DNA of 64,000 bases, taken from Mobula hypostoma (taxonomy: Eukaryota). Under the pieces are notes generated by a model, which was not told the origin of the DNA, did no database searches, and was given only the letters and a program-made list of their open reading frames with translations. Below, in pieces: positions 24,920 to 38,192 of the stretch (position 1 is its first letter; each line of letters opens with the position of its first letter). Made by a program: the position numbers and the translations under genes. The stretch lies in assembly GCF_963921235.1 (NCBI RefSeq), contig NC_086108.1, positions 34,226,001-34,290,000 of the forward strand, read 5' to 3'.

Positions 24920-26128
24920 CAGAGGTCCCCAACCTTTTTTTGCACTGCGGACCGGTTTATTATTGACAATATTCTTGAGGACCGGCCGACCCGGGGTGGG
25001 GGTGTGTGGGTGGGTAGGGTTGCCAATGGGCAAGAGTAACAGTCAAATACGTTGGGTTTACCTCGAGGAAAAACTACCATGACCATGAAGCCTTGCGCGG
25101 GCACCTGTGTGCGCATGCGTGTACGTGCCGATTTTTTTCTACAAAGCATTTTTGGCGATTCTGTTCGAGGCGGGGTGTTAATCACAACCGGAATATAGGC
25201 GATAAGTGGCTAATACACTCAATTTCATTTCTAAAAGTGTTTATCTAATGAATTTAATATTAAACACATAGCGCATATTTTCCTGGCATGAATATAGTGA
25301 GAAGTCAATTATCAGGGGAGGACAGGGGAGTTGGAAGTAAGTGTTGAATGAATTTCCAGTAGAAGTGGTAGACGCAGGTTCGATATTATCATTTAAATAA
25401 AAATTGGATAGCTATATGGACAGGAAAGGAATGGAGGGTTATGGGCTGAGTGCAGGTCAGTGGGACTAGGTGAGAGTAGCGTTCGGCACGGACTAGAAGG
25501 GCTGTTTCTGTGCTGTAATTGTTATATGGTTATATAAGTCACTTATCAGTAAATAGCATCATAACATTTTAAGTAACGTTTGGATATTAAACACGCAGCA
25601 CATATTTTCCTGTATGAATATATAAAATCGTTGCAACACACCAATACCGCTGAATCAGTGGGAGCCCTAGGCTTGTTTCCCTACAACAAGATGGTGCCAT
25701 CGAGGGGTGATGCGAGACGGCGATACTCAAAAGGGGTTCCTATGTCCAGTCTATTCCGCAATTTAGTTTTCGTTGCATTCATTGCAGAGACATGTTGGAA
25801 ATGGAAGCAACGTTTTCAGTGCTTTCATGGCTATCTCAGGATATCTAGCCTTGACTTTGATCCAGAATGCCAGCAGAGATGTTATGTCAAACATACTTTT
25901 CAGCCCGCCGTGATTTGCAAGCTCGAGGAGTTGATCTCCTTCCCGCGCTGACATGGATGACGCGCAGGTAATGACCTCACGTGCGTTCAAGGTCAACTGT
26001 GGGCGTGGCAGGGAATGAGGAAAGGTGCAGCTGACTTATATCGCCAAATCATATTGTTTCCTCGCAGCCCGGTAGCGCATGCTTTGCAGCCCGGTACCGG
26101 TCCGCAGCCCAGTGGCTGGGGACCGCTG
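24920..26128 (-). mobile_element. Non-autonomous hAT (Charlie/Buster-like) element, copy 2, complete
   Basis: TIRs CAGAGGTCCCCAACC / GGCTGGGGACCGCTG. 8-bp TSD GTCTAACC / GTCTAACA. Transposase remnant in ORF 25763-25996. Confidence 0.92.
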
Positions 26129-27039
26129 GTCTAACAAATGCCTTATAAAGCTTACAATGCACGTTAAACTTAGCCAAACAGAAGAGGCCCCCTTTATTCT
26201 CACTCTTTACCTCCTGCCAGTCAGCCAATCTTCTATCCATGCTAGTATTTTTCCTGTAATACCATGGGTTCTTATCTTGTTAAGTAGCTTGTCAAAAGCC
26301 TGCTGAAAATCCAAGTAAACAGCATCCACTGACTCAGCTTTGTCTATTCTGCCTGTTATTTCCTCAAGGAATTCCAACAGATTTTTCAGGCAAGATTTCC
26401 CCTTAAGTAAATCATGTTGACTTTAGCTACTTTATCAAATATTTCCAAGTAACCGGAAAACTTGTCATAAATAATAGACTCAACATCTTCCCAAATGCTG
26501 AGGTCTGGCTAACTGACCAATCATTTCCTTTTGTTCTGCCTCCGTCCCTTCTTAAAGAGTAGAGTGACTTATGTAATTTTCCAGTCTACTGGAATGATTC
26601 CGGAATCTAGTTATTCTTGAAAGATCATGACTAATGCTTCCACAATCTCTTCAGAATCTCTTTCAGAACCCTGGCCTGTACCCAACTTTTCCAAATTGGC
26701 CTGGTGCTTGATCAATCAAACCTTGTTCTCGGTTTAGGTGGAAGGGCCTCAAATCTGCCTCTCCTCTGCCCTGCTCACTCCGACTTTACTCAACCTCACC
26801 TCAACTTCGCCTTTCCCCCTTCAACTGATGACTCAGCCTCACCTTCACTCACCTTTCCGTTGTTTGTGGTGATCATTTCCCATAACTTTTACAAGGAAAG
26901 GTGTTATTAATAAAGTATTTCATTGTATTCTTTGTTTTGTTTGCAGCCAGTATGTAGTCGCTGGGTTTCACCAGCATCACCTTAAACTGGCTAATCAGTC
27001 CCTGTCTATGCAAGTACTTACTGTATATATCTGGTGTCT

Positions 27040-28410
27040 TAGAGTACCTTCCAATAGCTTGCCCACTATCCCACTACAAATAACAAGCTCCCAGTTCATT
27101 CTTAAAGTCTTTCATAAACAACCAAACAACATTAGCCATCCTCCAATCCTCTGGCACCACACCCAGGGACAAGGATATTGTAAATATCTCTGCTATGGCC
27201 CTTGCAATTTCAGCTGTAGCCTCCCACGAGGTCCGAGGGAACATCTCATTAGGCCTCAAGTCCTCTCTAACCTATATTTCATCCATGACCTCACTGCTGT
27301 TTTGCCTCAGTTCTATAGACTCTGTGTCCATTTCCTAAATAAATATGGATGCAAAAAATCCATTTAAGATTTACCCCATCTCCTTCAGCTCCATGCATGG
27401 ATGACCATGCTAATCTTCAAGAGGACCAATTTTATCCCTTGCCATCTTTTGTTCTTAGTGTATCTGTAGAAACCAATAGGATTCTCCTTCACCTGGTCTA
27501 CTGGAGCAATCTCATGCCTTCTTTTAGCTCTCCTGATTTCCTTCTTAAGTGTTCTCGTGCACTTCTAACACTCCTCATTTGTTTTCTGCTGCCTATACCT
27601 GCTATGTACCTCTTTCTTCTTAACCAGGGCCTCAATATCACTTAAAAACCAAGGTTTCATAAACCTGGAAGTCTTGCCTTTTATTCTGACAGGAACAGAC
27701 AAACACTGTACTCCCAAAATTTCACTTTTGAAGGCTTCCCAATTACCAAGTACACCTTTGCCAGAAAGCAACCTAACCCAGTCCACATTTGCCAGATCCT
27801 TTTTTATGCCATCAAATCTGGCCTTTGTCCAATTTAGAATGTCATGCTGAGGACTCAACCTACCCTTCTCCATAATTATCTTGAAACTAATAGAATTATG
27901 ATCACTAGACTCATACTGTTCCCCTACGTAAACTTCTTTCACCTGCCCTCTCATTCCCTAATAGGAGATCCAGTACTGTATTGCATTCTCTCTAGTTGGG
28001 ATATCTATATATTGATTAATGAAACTTTCCTGAACACATCTGATCAACTCTATTCCATTCAGTTCTTTTACAATACAGGAGTTCCAGTTAATACGTGGAA
28101 AGTTAAAAATCACCTACTTTCACAACCTTATGTTTCTTGCAACTGTCTGCAATCTCTCTACGAATATGCTCCTGTAAATCCCACTGACTAGTGGGTAGTC
28201 TATAATATAATCCCATTAACATGGTCATCCCTTCCTTATTCCTCAATTTCGCCTATATAGCCTCAGTCATTTTCCATGATTAGTAATACCATTTCTCTCC
28301 CTTTAATCTGTCACGTTCTATCACGTCTAAAACAACAGAACCCCAGAATGTCAAGGTGATACTCCTGACCCTCCTGCCACTCAGTCTTACTAATGGCTAT
28401 ATTGTCATAG
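27040..28410 (-). mobile_element. Degraded CR1 ORF2 fragment (APE to RT start)
   Basis: SDHNSISFKI (ORF 27565-27954) and VPEDWRMANV (ORF 27074-27259). Confidence 0.8.
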
Positions 28411-28959
28411 TATTGTCATAAGTATCTTGCAGAGCCACTGACTCACAGCCCCAGAATCATTAGTTCAATACAGATCTCCAGTGCTCTCTGCATGGGCTTT
28501 GCACATTCACCCTCTAACCTCACGATTTTGCCAGATGCTTTAGTTTCCTCCCACATCCCAAAGGTATACAATTACCTAGGTTAATTAGCCTCTGTAAATT
28601 GCCCCTAATGTGCAGATGAGTGGTAGGAATTAGGGAGCAGCGTTCTGATTCTGTGGATGTGACATCACTTAGCTCTGTCCATTGCTGTTAAGCACAGTTC
28701 TGACAACTACTTAGACTGGTAACTAGTTATTTTTTAAATGTGTTTGGTAGTGCACACCACCTCCCTTCCACAATCTTCACTGAAGGAGGAGTGATTTCCC
28801 AATTTAACAGTAGTGGCATGTGAGGAACACCAGCGTAGGCACTTACAGTTCGTGGTTGTCTCCATTTCCACAGCTGCTGATGGTCCACAGTGCAATGTCC
28901 AGATTTGAACAGTTGGCTATCTTCCAAATTTATTCCATTTAGTGCTTCTTAAAGAACCA

Positions 28960-29296
28960 CCCAATGGGAGGGTGAGTGTAAGGGGTAGGATGGGCGGAGT
29001 GAGCAGGAGGGAGGATGAATTGAGGAGAGAGTGCAGGTGAATGGAGAGAGAGGAGGGGTGGAGAGATGAGAAGGGACAAGGGCGGGGGAAGGCGAGAGGG
29101 GATAGTGAGGAGGTTTGGTGAAGGGGAAGGGAGAGGGTGGGGATGTGGGTGGGGAGAGGGAGGGGGAGAGAGGGAAGGAAGATGGAGAAGAGGTCAGATA
29201 GGAGGATGGGGTAGTGAATAGGGGAGGAAGATGGGGAAGGAGAAAAGAGAGGGAGAGGGAGGGAGAAGAGAGGGGTGAAGGAGAGGATAGAGGACA
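28960..29296. repeat. GA-rich polypurine low-complexity tract
   Basis: Nearly all G/A on the + strand, with many GGG runs. Confidence 0.85.
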
Positions 29297-30284
29297 TCGA
29301 ACAATCCTCGCTTTTATATTCTAATCCACTGAAAATGAATCCTGAAACTGTACTTCCAAGCCCCTTTGCACCTCCAATTTCTGAATTTCTTAACCAATTA
29401 AAACATAGTGTACACCTTCATTCTTCCTACCAAAGTACATAACCCTCACACTTCCTTACGTCTGCCACTTCTTTGTTACCTCTGCTAACCTGTCCAAGTG
29501 CCTTTGCAACACTCCCTGTCCCTCCACCTACCTTTGTACTGTCTGATGGCATTTCCTTTCCCACCGCCCCCCCCCAAAAAAAATTCCATGAACTTATTCT
29601 GATTCTCTGACCTCATCTTTCCTCTGACCAGTGATGCAGAAGGGAAATTGCACTGGAATGTTCTGGAATTGTGTCACTGCCCCCAATTTTCAGCATACAC
29701 TTGATCTCTTTAGCTCACTGTTCAGCTGCAAATCTAAACCTTAATGTAAATATGGAAAGATAATTCCCATATCAGAATGTAAACATTTTACATCTTCTGC
29801 TGAAGAAGGCTCAGATTGTTTGTATTAATCCAGATTAAAATGTTATTTTAGTAACAATCTGCCAATGTGGATACAGCATCATTATTTAAAATGTGATTTG
29901 TTTAGCTGAACTAACCTAGTGAAGCTCTGCTATGGTTACTGTTGCCTGAAGCCTGAACACTGTAAAATCCTTCCTCTCGGTGAATCACATCTTTGATTTT
30001 GGATTCCATCTCAGAATCTCACCATATTTGTAATAGGTCACTGCACAGTGAGGGTCCAATGATCAATGTGGACATGATTGCACACAGTGGAAGCTCAGTC
30101 AAACCTTTGTTAAAACAAGTTATGATTTATAGCTGCAAATTTTCACAGTCCTCTGCTCATTTTAAGGAATCACTAATATTTTTCTTCACTTGACGTTAAA
30201 CCATTTTACGTACTTTACTTTCTTCCTTAAGCTGTCAAGCTGATTGTTTAATCAAACAACATTAATGTAGTTATCCTAATATTG

Positions 30285-31790
30285 ATTGGCACCACCTTAA
30301 TGTAAAAGCATTAGATGGGGCAGAGTTTGTGAGCAGAGTCCAGGAAGGACTAGAGGAGAAGCCATACTGGGTCTGGTAAGAGGCAATGAATCTGGTCAAA
30401 TGATGGACCTCTCAGTGAGTGTGCAATTTGGAGAGGGTGACCACAACGCCCTGATCTTTACCATAGCAACAAACAAGGATAGGAACAAATGATGTGTGAA
30501 AGTATTAAATTGAGGGAGGGTGAATTACAATGGTATTAGGCAGGAACTCAGGAGCATAAATTGGGAACAGATCTTCTGAGGAAAGTGCACAGCAGAGAAG
30601 TGGAGGGTGTTTAGGTACTATTTGTGTGGGGTTCAGATAGGTTTGTCCCATTGAGGCAGGGAAAGGATGATAGGGTGAGGGAACCATGGTTGACAAGAGA
30701 TACGGAACATCTTGTCAAGGGGAAAAAAGAAGCATACTTAAGGTTTAGGAAGCAGACAGGGCTCTTGAAAGTCTTAAGGTAGCCAGAAGGGGCTTACGAA
30801 GGGGCTTAGGAGAGCGAGAAGGGGACATGAGAAGGCCTCAATGAGTAGGATTAAGGAAAACCCCAAGGCATTCTACAAGTACATGAAGAATAGGAGGATG
30901 ACTAGAGTGAATGTAGGCCCAATCAGAAAAAAAGGAGGAAATATGTGTGTGTAGTCAGAGGAGGTAGTGAAGGTCCTTAAAGAATACTTTGCTTTAGTAT
31001 TCAACAGTGAGAGGGACATTGATGTTTGTGAGGACAGATTTAAACAGGCTGACATGCTAGAACATGTCAATGTTAAGAAATAGGATGTGCTAAAACTTTC
31101 AAAAATTATTAGGATGGGTAAGTCCCTGGGCCAGATGGGATATATTCCAGATTACTATGGAAAGCGAGGGAAGAGGCTATTGCACATTTGGCATAAATTG
31201 GAATGTGACAGATGTTATTCCTTTGTTCAAGAAAGGGAGTAGAGATAACCCTGAGTATTATAGAGTCCTCTTTCAGTGGTGGGAAACTTAATGGAGAATA
31301 TTCTTAGCACAGGAGTTACAAGCATTTAGAGAAGCATAGGCTGATTAGGGATAGTTAGCATGGCTTTGTGAGGGGCAGATCAAGCCTTACAAGCCTGATG
31401 GAATTTTTTGAGAATGTGACAAACACATTGATGTAAGATAGAGCAGTGGATGTGTTGTGTATGGATTCGGTGTTTGATAAGGTGCCCCGTGATAGACTCA
31501 TTTAAAAAGTCAGGAGGCACGGGACCCAGGGATACCTGGCTGTGTGCATTCATAACTGGTTTGCCCTTGGAAGGCAGAGTGTAGTTGTAGAAGGAGTGTA
31601 TTCTGCCTGGAGGTTGGTGACCATCGATGTTGTGCAGAGATCTGTTCTGGGACCTCTGCTCTTTGTGATTTTTATAAATGACTTTGTTAAGAAAGTGGAA
31701 GGGTGGGTTAGTAAGTTTACAGATGACTCAAAGCTTGGTAGAGTTGTGGGTAGATTACAAGGTTGTCATAGGGGACATTGATAGGATACA
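30285..31790 (+). mobile_element. Degraded CR1 ORF2 fragment
   Basis: gaaaaccccaaggcattctac, cagcatggcttt-like segment, SVLGPLLFVIFIND...SKFTDD (ORF 31542-31781). Confidence 0.8.
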
Positions 31791-31794
31791 GAGA

Positions 31795-32140
31795 AAAGAT
31801 CAATTACAACGAACTGGAAGTTGAAGGTAATTGCGAATATTCAGCAGAATAGTTGCAGAAATTTAAGAAAAGTCACGACATTAAATTTTTAACGATTTGT
31901 GGTGCTATTGGGTCTGCTGATCATTAAGCAACAGAGAAATACATTGAAAATCTAATATGGTGAACAACTGTATCAGTACATAGGTGTGATGAACAACTGT
32001 AAGACAAAGACAGCTTACTGGTAGCACATAAATTCAGAGTCAGGAATGATGACAATCTCAAGCTATATCATCACATATTCCAAAATCCCAAGAAATCCAA
32101 GACATTTCCAGTCCCAAGCATTTTGTATAAAGGATACTTC
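31795..32140 (+). mobile_element. Tigger/pogo-type DNA transposon remnant
   Basis: Reads EYSAE*LQKFKKSHDIKFLTICG (CENP-B HTH-like). Terminus gtcccaagcattttgtataaaggatact. Confidence 0.6.
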
Positions 32141-32285
32141 AAGAAGGGGGTAGGAGGGCAACTATGTGCCAGTCTACATTGATGAATCAGCAGTGAAGGG
32201 TGAGCAACTTTAAATTCCTGGGTGTTAACATATCGGATGACCTGTCCTGGGCCAGCACACGGAAACAATAACAAAGTGCACCAGC

Positions 32286-35200
32286 TGTCATAGGACGGTG
32301 GCTGGAACGGACTCAAGTGCAACAGAGAGACATTGAAGTACTAGGGACAGGACTAGGATACAGGATGAGGGCAAGGACATGGACACGAAAACCGGGAACC
32401 TGGAACAGGACTGGATAAGAGAGCTAGGAGCCCGGGCTTGGACTCCGAGCCAGAGACTGGACAAGGACCCAGCACCTGGGTCTTGCCTCTGGCTCGGACC
32501 CCAGAACTAGGCAAGGACGAGGCTTGGCAGGCAGGCAGGACGAGGCTGGAGTCTTCAGGCTTGAGGCTAGAGAATAGAGGCAAGGCTTGGCAGGAGGCAG
32601 GAGGCTGGAGTCCAGGCTTGAGGCTAGAGACTAGAGGCAAGGCTTGGCAGGAGGCAGGACCCTGGAGTCTTCAGGCTAGAGGCGAGGCTTGGCAGGAGGC
32701 AGGAGGCTGGAGTCTTCAGGCTAGAGGAGAGGCTTGGCAGGAGGCTAGAGACAAGGCAGGCTTGGCAGGAGGCTGGAGTCATCAGGCTTGAGGCTAGGCA
32801 GGAGGCTGGAGTCTTCAGACTTGAGGCTAGGCAGGAGGCTGGAGTCTTCAGGCTTGAGGCTAGGCCGAAGGCTGGAGTCTTGAGGCTTGAGGCTAAGCAG
32901 GAGGCTGGAGTCTTCAGGCTTGAGACTAGGCAGGAGGCTAGAGACTTCAGGCTTGAGGATAGGCAGGAGGCTGGAGTCTTCAGGCTTGAGGCTAGGCAGG
33001 AGGCTGGAGTCTTCAGGCGAGGCTTGGCAGGAGGCTGGAGGCTGGAGTCTTCAGGCTTGAGGCTAGGCAGGAGGCTGGAGACTTGAGGCAAGGCTTGGCA
33101 GGAGGCTGGAGTCTTCAGGCTTGAGGCTTGGCAGGAGGCAGGAGGCTGGAGTCTTCAGGCTAGGCAGGAGGCTGGAGTCTTCAGGCTTGAGGCTACTCAG
33201 GAGGCTGGAGTCTTCAGGCTAGGCAAGAAGATGGAGTCTTCAGGCTTGAGGCTAGGCAGGAGGCTGGAGTCTTCTGGCATGAGGCTAGACAGGAGGCTGG
33301 AGTCTTCAGGCTAGGCAAGAAGATGGAGTCTTCAGGCTTGAGGCTAGGCAGGAGGCTAGAGTCTTGAGGCTAGGCAGGAGGCTAGAGTCTTCAGGATTGA
33401 GGCTAGGCAGGAGGCTGGAGTCTTCTGGCTTGAGGCTAGGCAGGAGGCTGGAGTCTTCAGGCTTGAGGCTAAGCAGGAGGCTGGAGTCTTCAGGCTTGAG
33501 GCTAGGCAGGAGGCTGGAGTCTTCTGGCTTGAGGCTAGGCAGGAGGCTGGAGTCTTCTGGCTTGAGGCTAGGCAGGAGGCTGGAGTCTTCAGGCTTGAGG
33601 TTAGGCAGGAGGCTGGAGTCTTCAGGCTTGAGGCTATGCAGGAGACTGGAGTCTTCTGGCTTGAGGCTAGGCAGGAGGCTGGAGTCTTCAGGCTAGGCAA
33701 GAGGATGGAGTCTTCAGGCTTGAGGCTAGGCAGGAGGCTGGAGTCTTCTGGCTTGAGGCTAGGCAGGAGGCTGGAGTCTTCAGGCTTAAGGTTAGGCAGG
33801 AGGCTGGAGTCTTCAGGCCTGAGGCTAGGCAGAAGGCTGGAGGCTTGAGGCTTGAGGCTAAGCAGGATGCTGGAATCTTCAGACTTGAGGCTAGGCAGGA
33901 GGCTGGAGTCTTGAGGCTAGGCAGGAGGCTAGAGTCTTCAGGATTGCGGCTAGGCAGGAGGCTGGAGTCTTCAGGCTTGAAGCTAGGCAGGAGGTTGGAG
34001 TATTCAGGCTTGAGGCTAGGCAGGAGGCTGGAGTATTCAGGCTTGAGGCTAGGCAGGAGGCTGGAGTCTTGAGGCTTGAGGCTAAGCAGGAGGCTGGAGT
34101 CTTCAGGCTTGAGGCTAGGCAGGAGGCTGGAGTCTTCAGGCTTGAGGCTAGGCAGGAGGCTGGAGTCTTCAGGCTAAGCAGGAGGCTCTAGTCCAGGCTT
34201 GAGGCTAGGCAGGAGGCTGGAGTCTTCAGGCTTGAGGCTAGGCAGGAGGCTGGCGTCTTCAGGCTTGAGGCTAGGCAGGAGGCTGGAGTCTTCAGGCTTG
34301 AGGCTAGGCAGGAGGCTGGAGTCTTCTGGCTTGAGGCTAGGCAGGAGGCTGGAGTCTTCTGGCTTGAGGCTAGGCAGGAGGCTGGAGTCTTCAGGCTTGA
34401 GGTTAGGCAGGAGGCTGGAGTCTTCAGGCTTGAGGCTAGGCAGGAGGCTGGAGTCTTCTGGCTTGAGGCTAGGCAGGAGGCTGGAGTCTTCAGGCTAGGC
34501 AAGAGGATGGAGTCTTCAGGCTTGAGGCTAGGCAGGAGGCTGGAGTCTTCAGGCTTGAGGCTAGGCAGGAGGCTGGAGTCTTCAGGCTTAAGGTTAGGCA
34601 GGAGGCTGGAGTCTTCAGGCTTGAGGCTAGGCAGGAGGCTGGAGTCTTCAGGCTTGAGGCTAGGCAAAAGGCTGGAGGCTTGAGGCTTGAGGCTAAGCAG
34701 GAGGCTGGAGTCTTCAGACGAGGCTAGGCAGGAGGCTAGAGTCTTGAGGCTAGGCATGAGGCTAGAGTCTTCAGGATTGCGGCTAGGCAGGAGGCTGGAG
34801 TCTTCAGGCTTGAGGCTAGGCAGGAGGCTGGAGTCTTGAGGCTTGAGGCTAAGCAGGAGGCTCTAGTCTTCAGGCTTGAGGCTAGGCAGGAGGCTGGAGT
34901 CTTCAGGCTTGAGGCTAGGCAGGAGGCTAGAGTCTTCAGGTTTGAGGCTAGGCAGGAGGCTGGAGTCTTCTGCCTTGAGGCTAAGCAGGAGGATGGAGTC
35001 TTCAGGCTAGGCAGGAGGCTGGAGTCTTCAGGCTTGAGGCTAGCCAGGCTCCTCCTGGGCAGGCCACGGTACTCCTGGGCAGGGCGCGGTACTCCTGGGC
35101 AGGGCACGGATCACCACCCGATGGAGGCATGGAACAGGAAGGGACAGAACCAACCGTAGGTAACGGCAAGACGGCTTGGCTTACCCGACGGAGGCAAGGG

Positions 35201-35716
35201 ACAGGAAGGGACCGAACCAACCGCAGGTAATGGCAAGACGGCCTGGCTTACCTAGGCGAAGGCAAGGGACAGGAAGGAAGCTAGGTACAGGGTGGCTCCA
35301 GGACAAGACCGCAGGCGAGATGAGGCGAGAATTACCAGCAAGACAAGGCAAGGCTTCAGGCAATGCAAGGCGAGACGAGAACTTCAGGTGAGGTGAGAGT
35401 TACCAGCAAGACAAGGCAAGGCTTCTGGCAAAGCAAGGCGAGACAAGAACTTCAGGCAAGGCGAGAGTTGCTGGCAAGACAAGGCAGGGCTTCAGGCGAG
35501 GAAACAGGAGGCAGAGGAAGGGATACAAGGAGTAAGGACAAGAACAATCCAGCAGCCACACCCTGGTCTCTGAAGGTATTTATGCAGCCAGCCCCAACAA
35601 GCATCAGCTGCCTTAATTAGTGCTTAACAGGAACAGAAACAGGGTAAAACCTGGAGCAAGGGTGGATGGACCGGACTGTGAACCAGAATACGGACTTCAC
35701 TGACCGGACCATGACA
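32286..35716 (-). mobile_element. Solo LTR of the same family as 3603-6702, with an expanded internal minisatellite
   Basis: Reverse complement begins TGTCATGGTCCGGTCAGTGAAGTCCG and ends CCTATGACA. TSD CCAGC / CCAAC (1 mismatch). TATA-like CATAAATA on the minus strand near 35580. Confidence 0.88.
32515..35045. repeat. 33-bp minisatellite (ggcttgaggctaggcaggaggctggagtcttca)n with shorter variants
   Basis: Directly visible. It generates the repetitive ORFs LRLGRRLESSG and SSLKTPASCLA. Confidence 0.97.
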
Positions 35717-36785
35717 CCAACATCTTAACTTTCAGCATGCTGCCAAACACTCCAACAAACTTCTACAGATGAACTGTTGAAAACATCCTGACCGGTTGCA
35801 TCATGGTCTGGTACAGCAAATGCACAGTAGCATGAGAAGCTGGAGAGAGTAGTGGGTTCAGCTCAATAAATCACAGGCTTATCCCTCCCCAGAATCTAAA
35901 GTATCTACGTGAGGTCCTGCCTCGAGGAGGACCATGTGATCTTCTTGCATCTACCCTTGGGCAGAAGGTACAAAAGTCTGAAGTCCCTCGCTGCCAGGTT
36001 CAAAACCATCTACTTCCCTTCAACCGTCCTGCTTTTGAGCCAACTTGCACAACCCTCTTCAACACCTCAGCACAGCAAGACTACGACCGCCTTGCTCTAT
36101 AATGGTTTCTTTTTGTTCCAGTGGTATTCCTGGTACAACTCCAATGCAGTATTTAAGTTTGCTGATGACACCACTGTTGTTGGCCGAATCAAAGGTGGTG
36201 ACATCAGCAAAACTGAAGAACCGACTGTCGACTACAGAAAGGAGAAGCTGGGGGTCCATGAGCCAGCTTTCATCAAGGGAACAGAGGTGGAGAGGGTCAT
36301 TGGCATCCTGGATTCTACTCTTCAGCTACATAATAGGGACTACTTAAATGGTCAATGAATCTACTAACCCAAATAACTTTGGAACTCATCCGGAGCACTT
36401 CGACAAAAGCCACATTTGCACAGGAAGAATATCGATGCAGGCAGCTCCTAAGGTCAGGTTTGCACCTTGGATACTGGAGCTGTGAACCCCAGCTCTCCTA
36501 GCTACACCTCTTTGCAGCCCAAAGGATTGTCTTCACCTCTGGAAGCTCAGAAATGATCAGCTCGATCAAGACTTGCTCCCAAAAAAAGTGATGGAGGGGG
36601 ATGGAGGTGGTATCAATTAATACCTGCACGATTCACCCTTAGAAATTACATGGGCACCATTTGATCGCTGATCTGTCAGTTCAACTGGTGACCCTCAGCA
36701 AGACAAAGATAAGAAACTATATCTCTCAAAATGTAACAGGCAGTCGCCCCAGTATCTTGCCAGTGAAAGAATCTTTAATTGATTG

Positions 36786-37160
36786 AACATGAGAAATCCT
36801 ACAGATGCTGGAAATCCAAAGCAACACACACAAATTGCTGGAGGAACTCAGCAACTCAGGCAGCATCTATGGAGATGCATAAATAGTCAACGTTTTTGGC
36901 CAAGACCCTTCCTCAGGACTGCAAAAGAAGGGGGAAGAAGTTAGAATAAGAAGGTCGAGGGAGTGGTAGGAGTACGTCATCAGGTGACAGGTGAAACCAT
37001 GTGAGAGGGAAGGTAGGTGGGTGGGGTAGGGGGTTGAAGTGAGAAGCTGGGAGATGGGATGGAAAAGGTAAAGGGCTGAAGAAAAAGCATCTGATTGGAG
37101 AGGAGAGTTGACCATAGGAGAAAGGGAAGGAGAAAGGGCTCCGGAGAAGGTGATAGGCAG
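36786..37160 (-). mobile_element. Penelope-like terminal-repeat fragment
   Basis: cagatgctggaaatccaaagcaacacacacaaattgctggaggaactcagc...cccttcctcaggactg. Confidence 0.8.
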
Positions 37161-37964
37161 ATAAAGAGATTAATTGATATGCATAGCTTTAGATACAGTT
37201 GAATACAGGTAATTCTTCTATAACTCAAGTTTCCATATCATGGATTGGACATAATGCGGTTGATGGATTAGAAAATACTCTTTGCATTAGGTGGGCTGTA
37301 TTGTTATAGAACAATCATGATTGAGATCATCTGTTTAAATCTGTGCTTTGAAAGCCTGCTCTGTATAACATATGTTCCTCTGTTGTAAAGTGTCTTAGGA
37401 TCATAATTATCATTTTATGGTAGAACTACCTGGACATCACACGATTAAGGATCAAGCCTTATTCTTATCAAGAGGCTGCGGAGTTTCCCTCACTGAGTAC
37501 AGTACATTCCCTTAAATCGAGGAATAGGAGATTCATGGAGGAAGGTTGTCCTGAGGTAAATGATTAGCTTTGATCATTTTGAATGATGGAGCTGATACAA
37601 GAGACTGAATGGCTTTTCATTCTTCTATTTCTTATGCGTTATGTTCTTTGCTTTGCCATCCTCTGTAAATGTTGGCACCTCCAAACAATATCCTTCGCAT
37701 AATCTAAACTAAGTGTTAGTTTAGATTATACCTGTGTAAAGATTAATCTCCATAGACACTGTTATGAGCAACCAGGAGAAATAACACATGGCATTTGAAA
37801 ATGTGAGATGGCAAAATAAAATCCTTGCACACTGTGGTTTGGACAGTACTCCCTTCTGTAATGTATCATGCACTAACTGCTTTCTGTGTCTATTGTTAGT
37901 GTGGAGTGGGATAGGTCAAGTTTGCCTCTCTGGGAATAGGCAAGCAGTAAAGAAATTCTCTCTT

Positions 37965-38108
37965 CCCTTCTCCATACCCTCCCTTCCTCTGTCTCTGTGA
38001 CTGTATGTCTGTCTCTTCTTTCTGTCTATCTCCCCCCTCCTTACCCTCCCTTTCTCTCTCTCGCTTTCTCTCTCCTCTCTCGCTTTCTCTCTCCTCTCTC
38101 TCTCTCTC

Positions 38109-38176
<68 letters not shown>

Positions 38177-38192
38177 CATCCACCCCCCCCCC
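37965..38192. repeat. (CT)n microsatellite / polypyrimidine tract
   Basis: Pure (ct)n at about 38114-38174 with degenerate flanks. Confidence 0.95.

Larger units (their letters stand above)
21575..26680 (-). mobile_element. Older CR1 LINE split by three later insertions (pieces ~21575-21765, 24288-24370, 24703-24919, 26129-26680)
   Basis: The pieces join into a contiguous antisense CR1 3' region and RT sequence (compare 59558-60236). Confidence 0.7.
32180..36050 (+). mobile_element. Rex1/Babar LINE fragment split by the solo LTR (32180-32285 and 35717-36050)
   Basis: tttaaattcctgggtgttaacatatcggatgacctgtcctgg before the LTR; aaacttctacagatgaactgttgaaaacatcctgaccggttgcatc after it. Confidence 0.7.

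Noticed and set aside
32515..35045. CRISPR-like array or repeat-protein gene
   Set aside because: The units are contiguous with no unique spacers, there are no cas genes, and the context is eukaryotic. The ORFs follow from the 33-bp period and are broken by variant units.
3603..35716. One giant transposon bounded by the two inverted LTR copies
   Set aside because: Each copy has its own distinct 5-bp TSD and the copies are substantially diverged.
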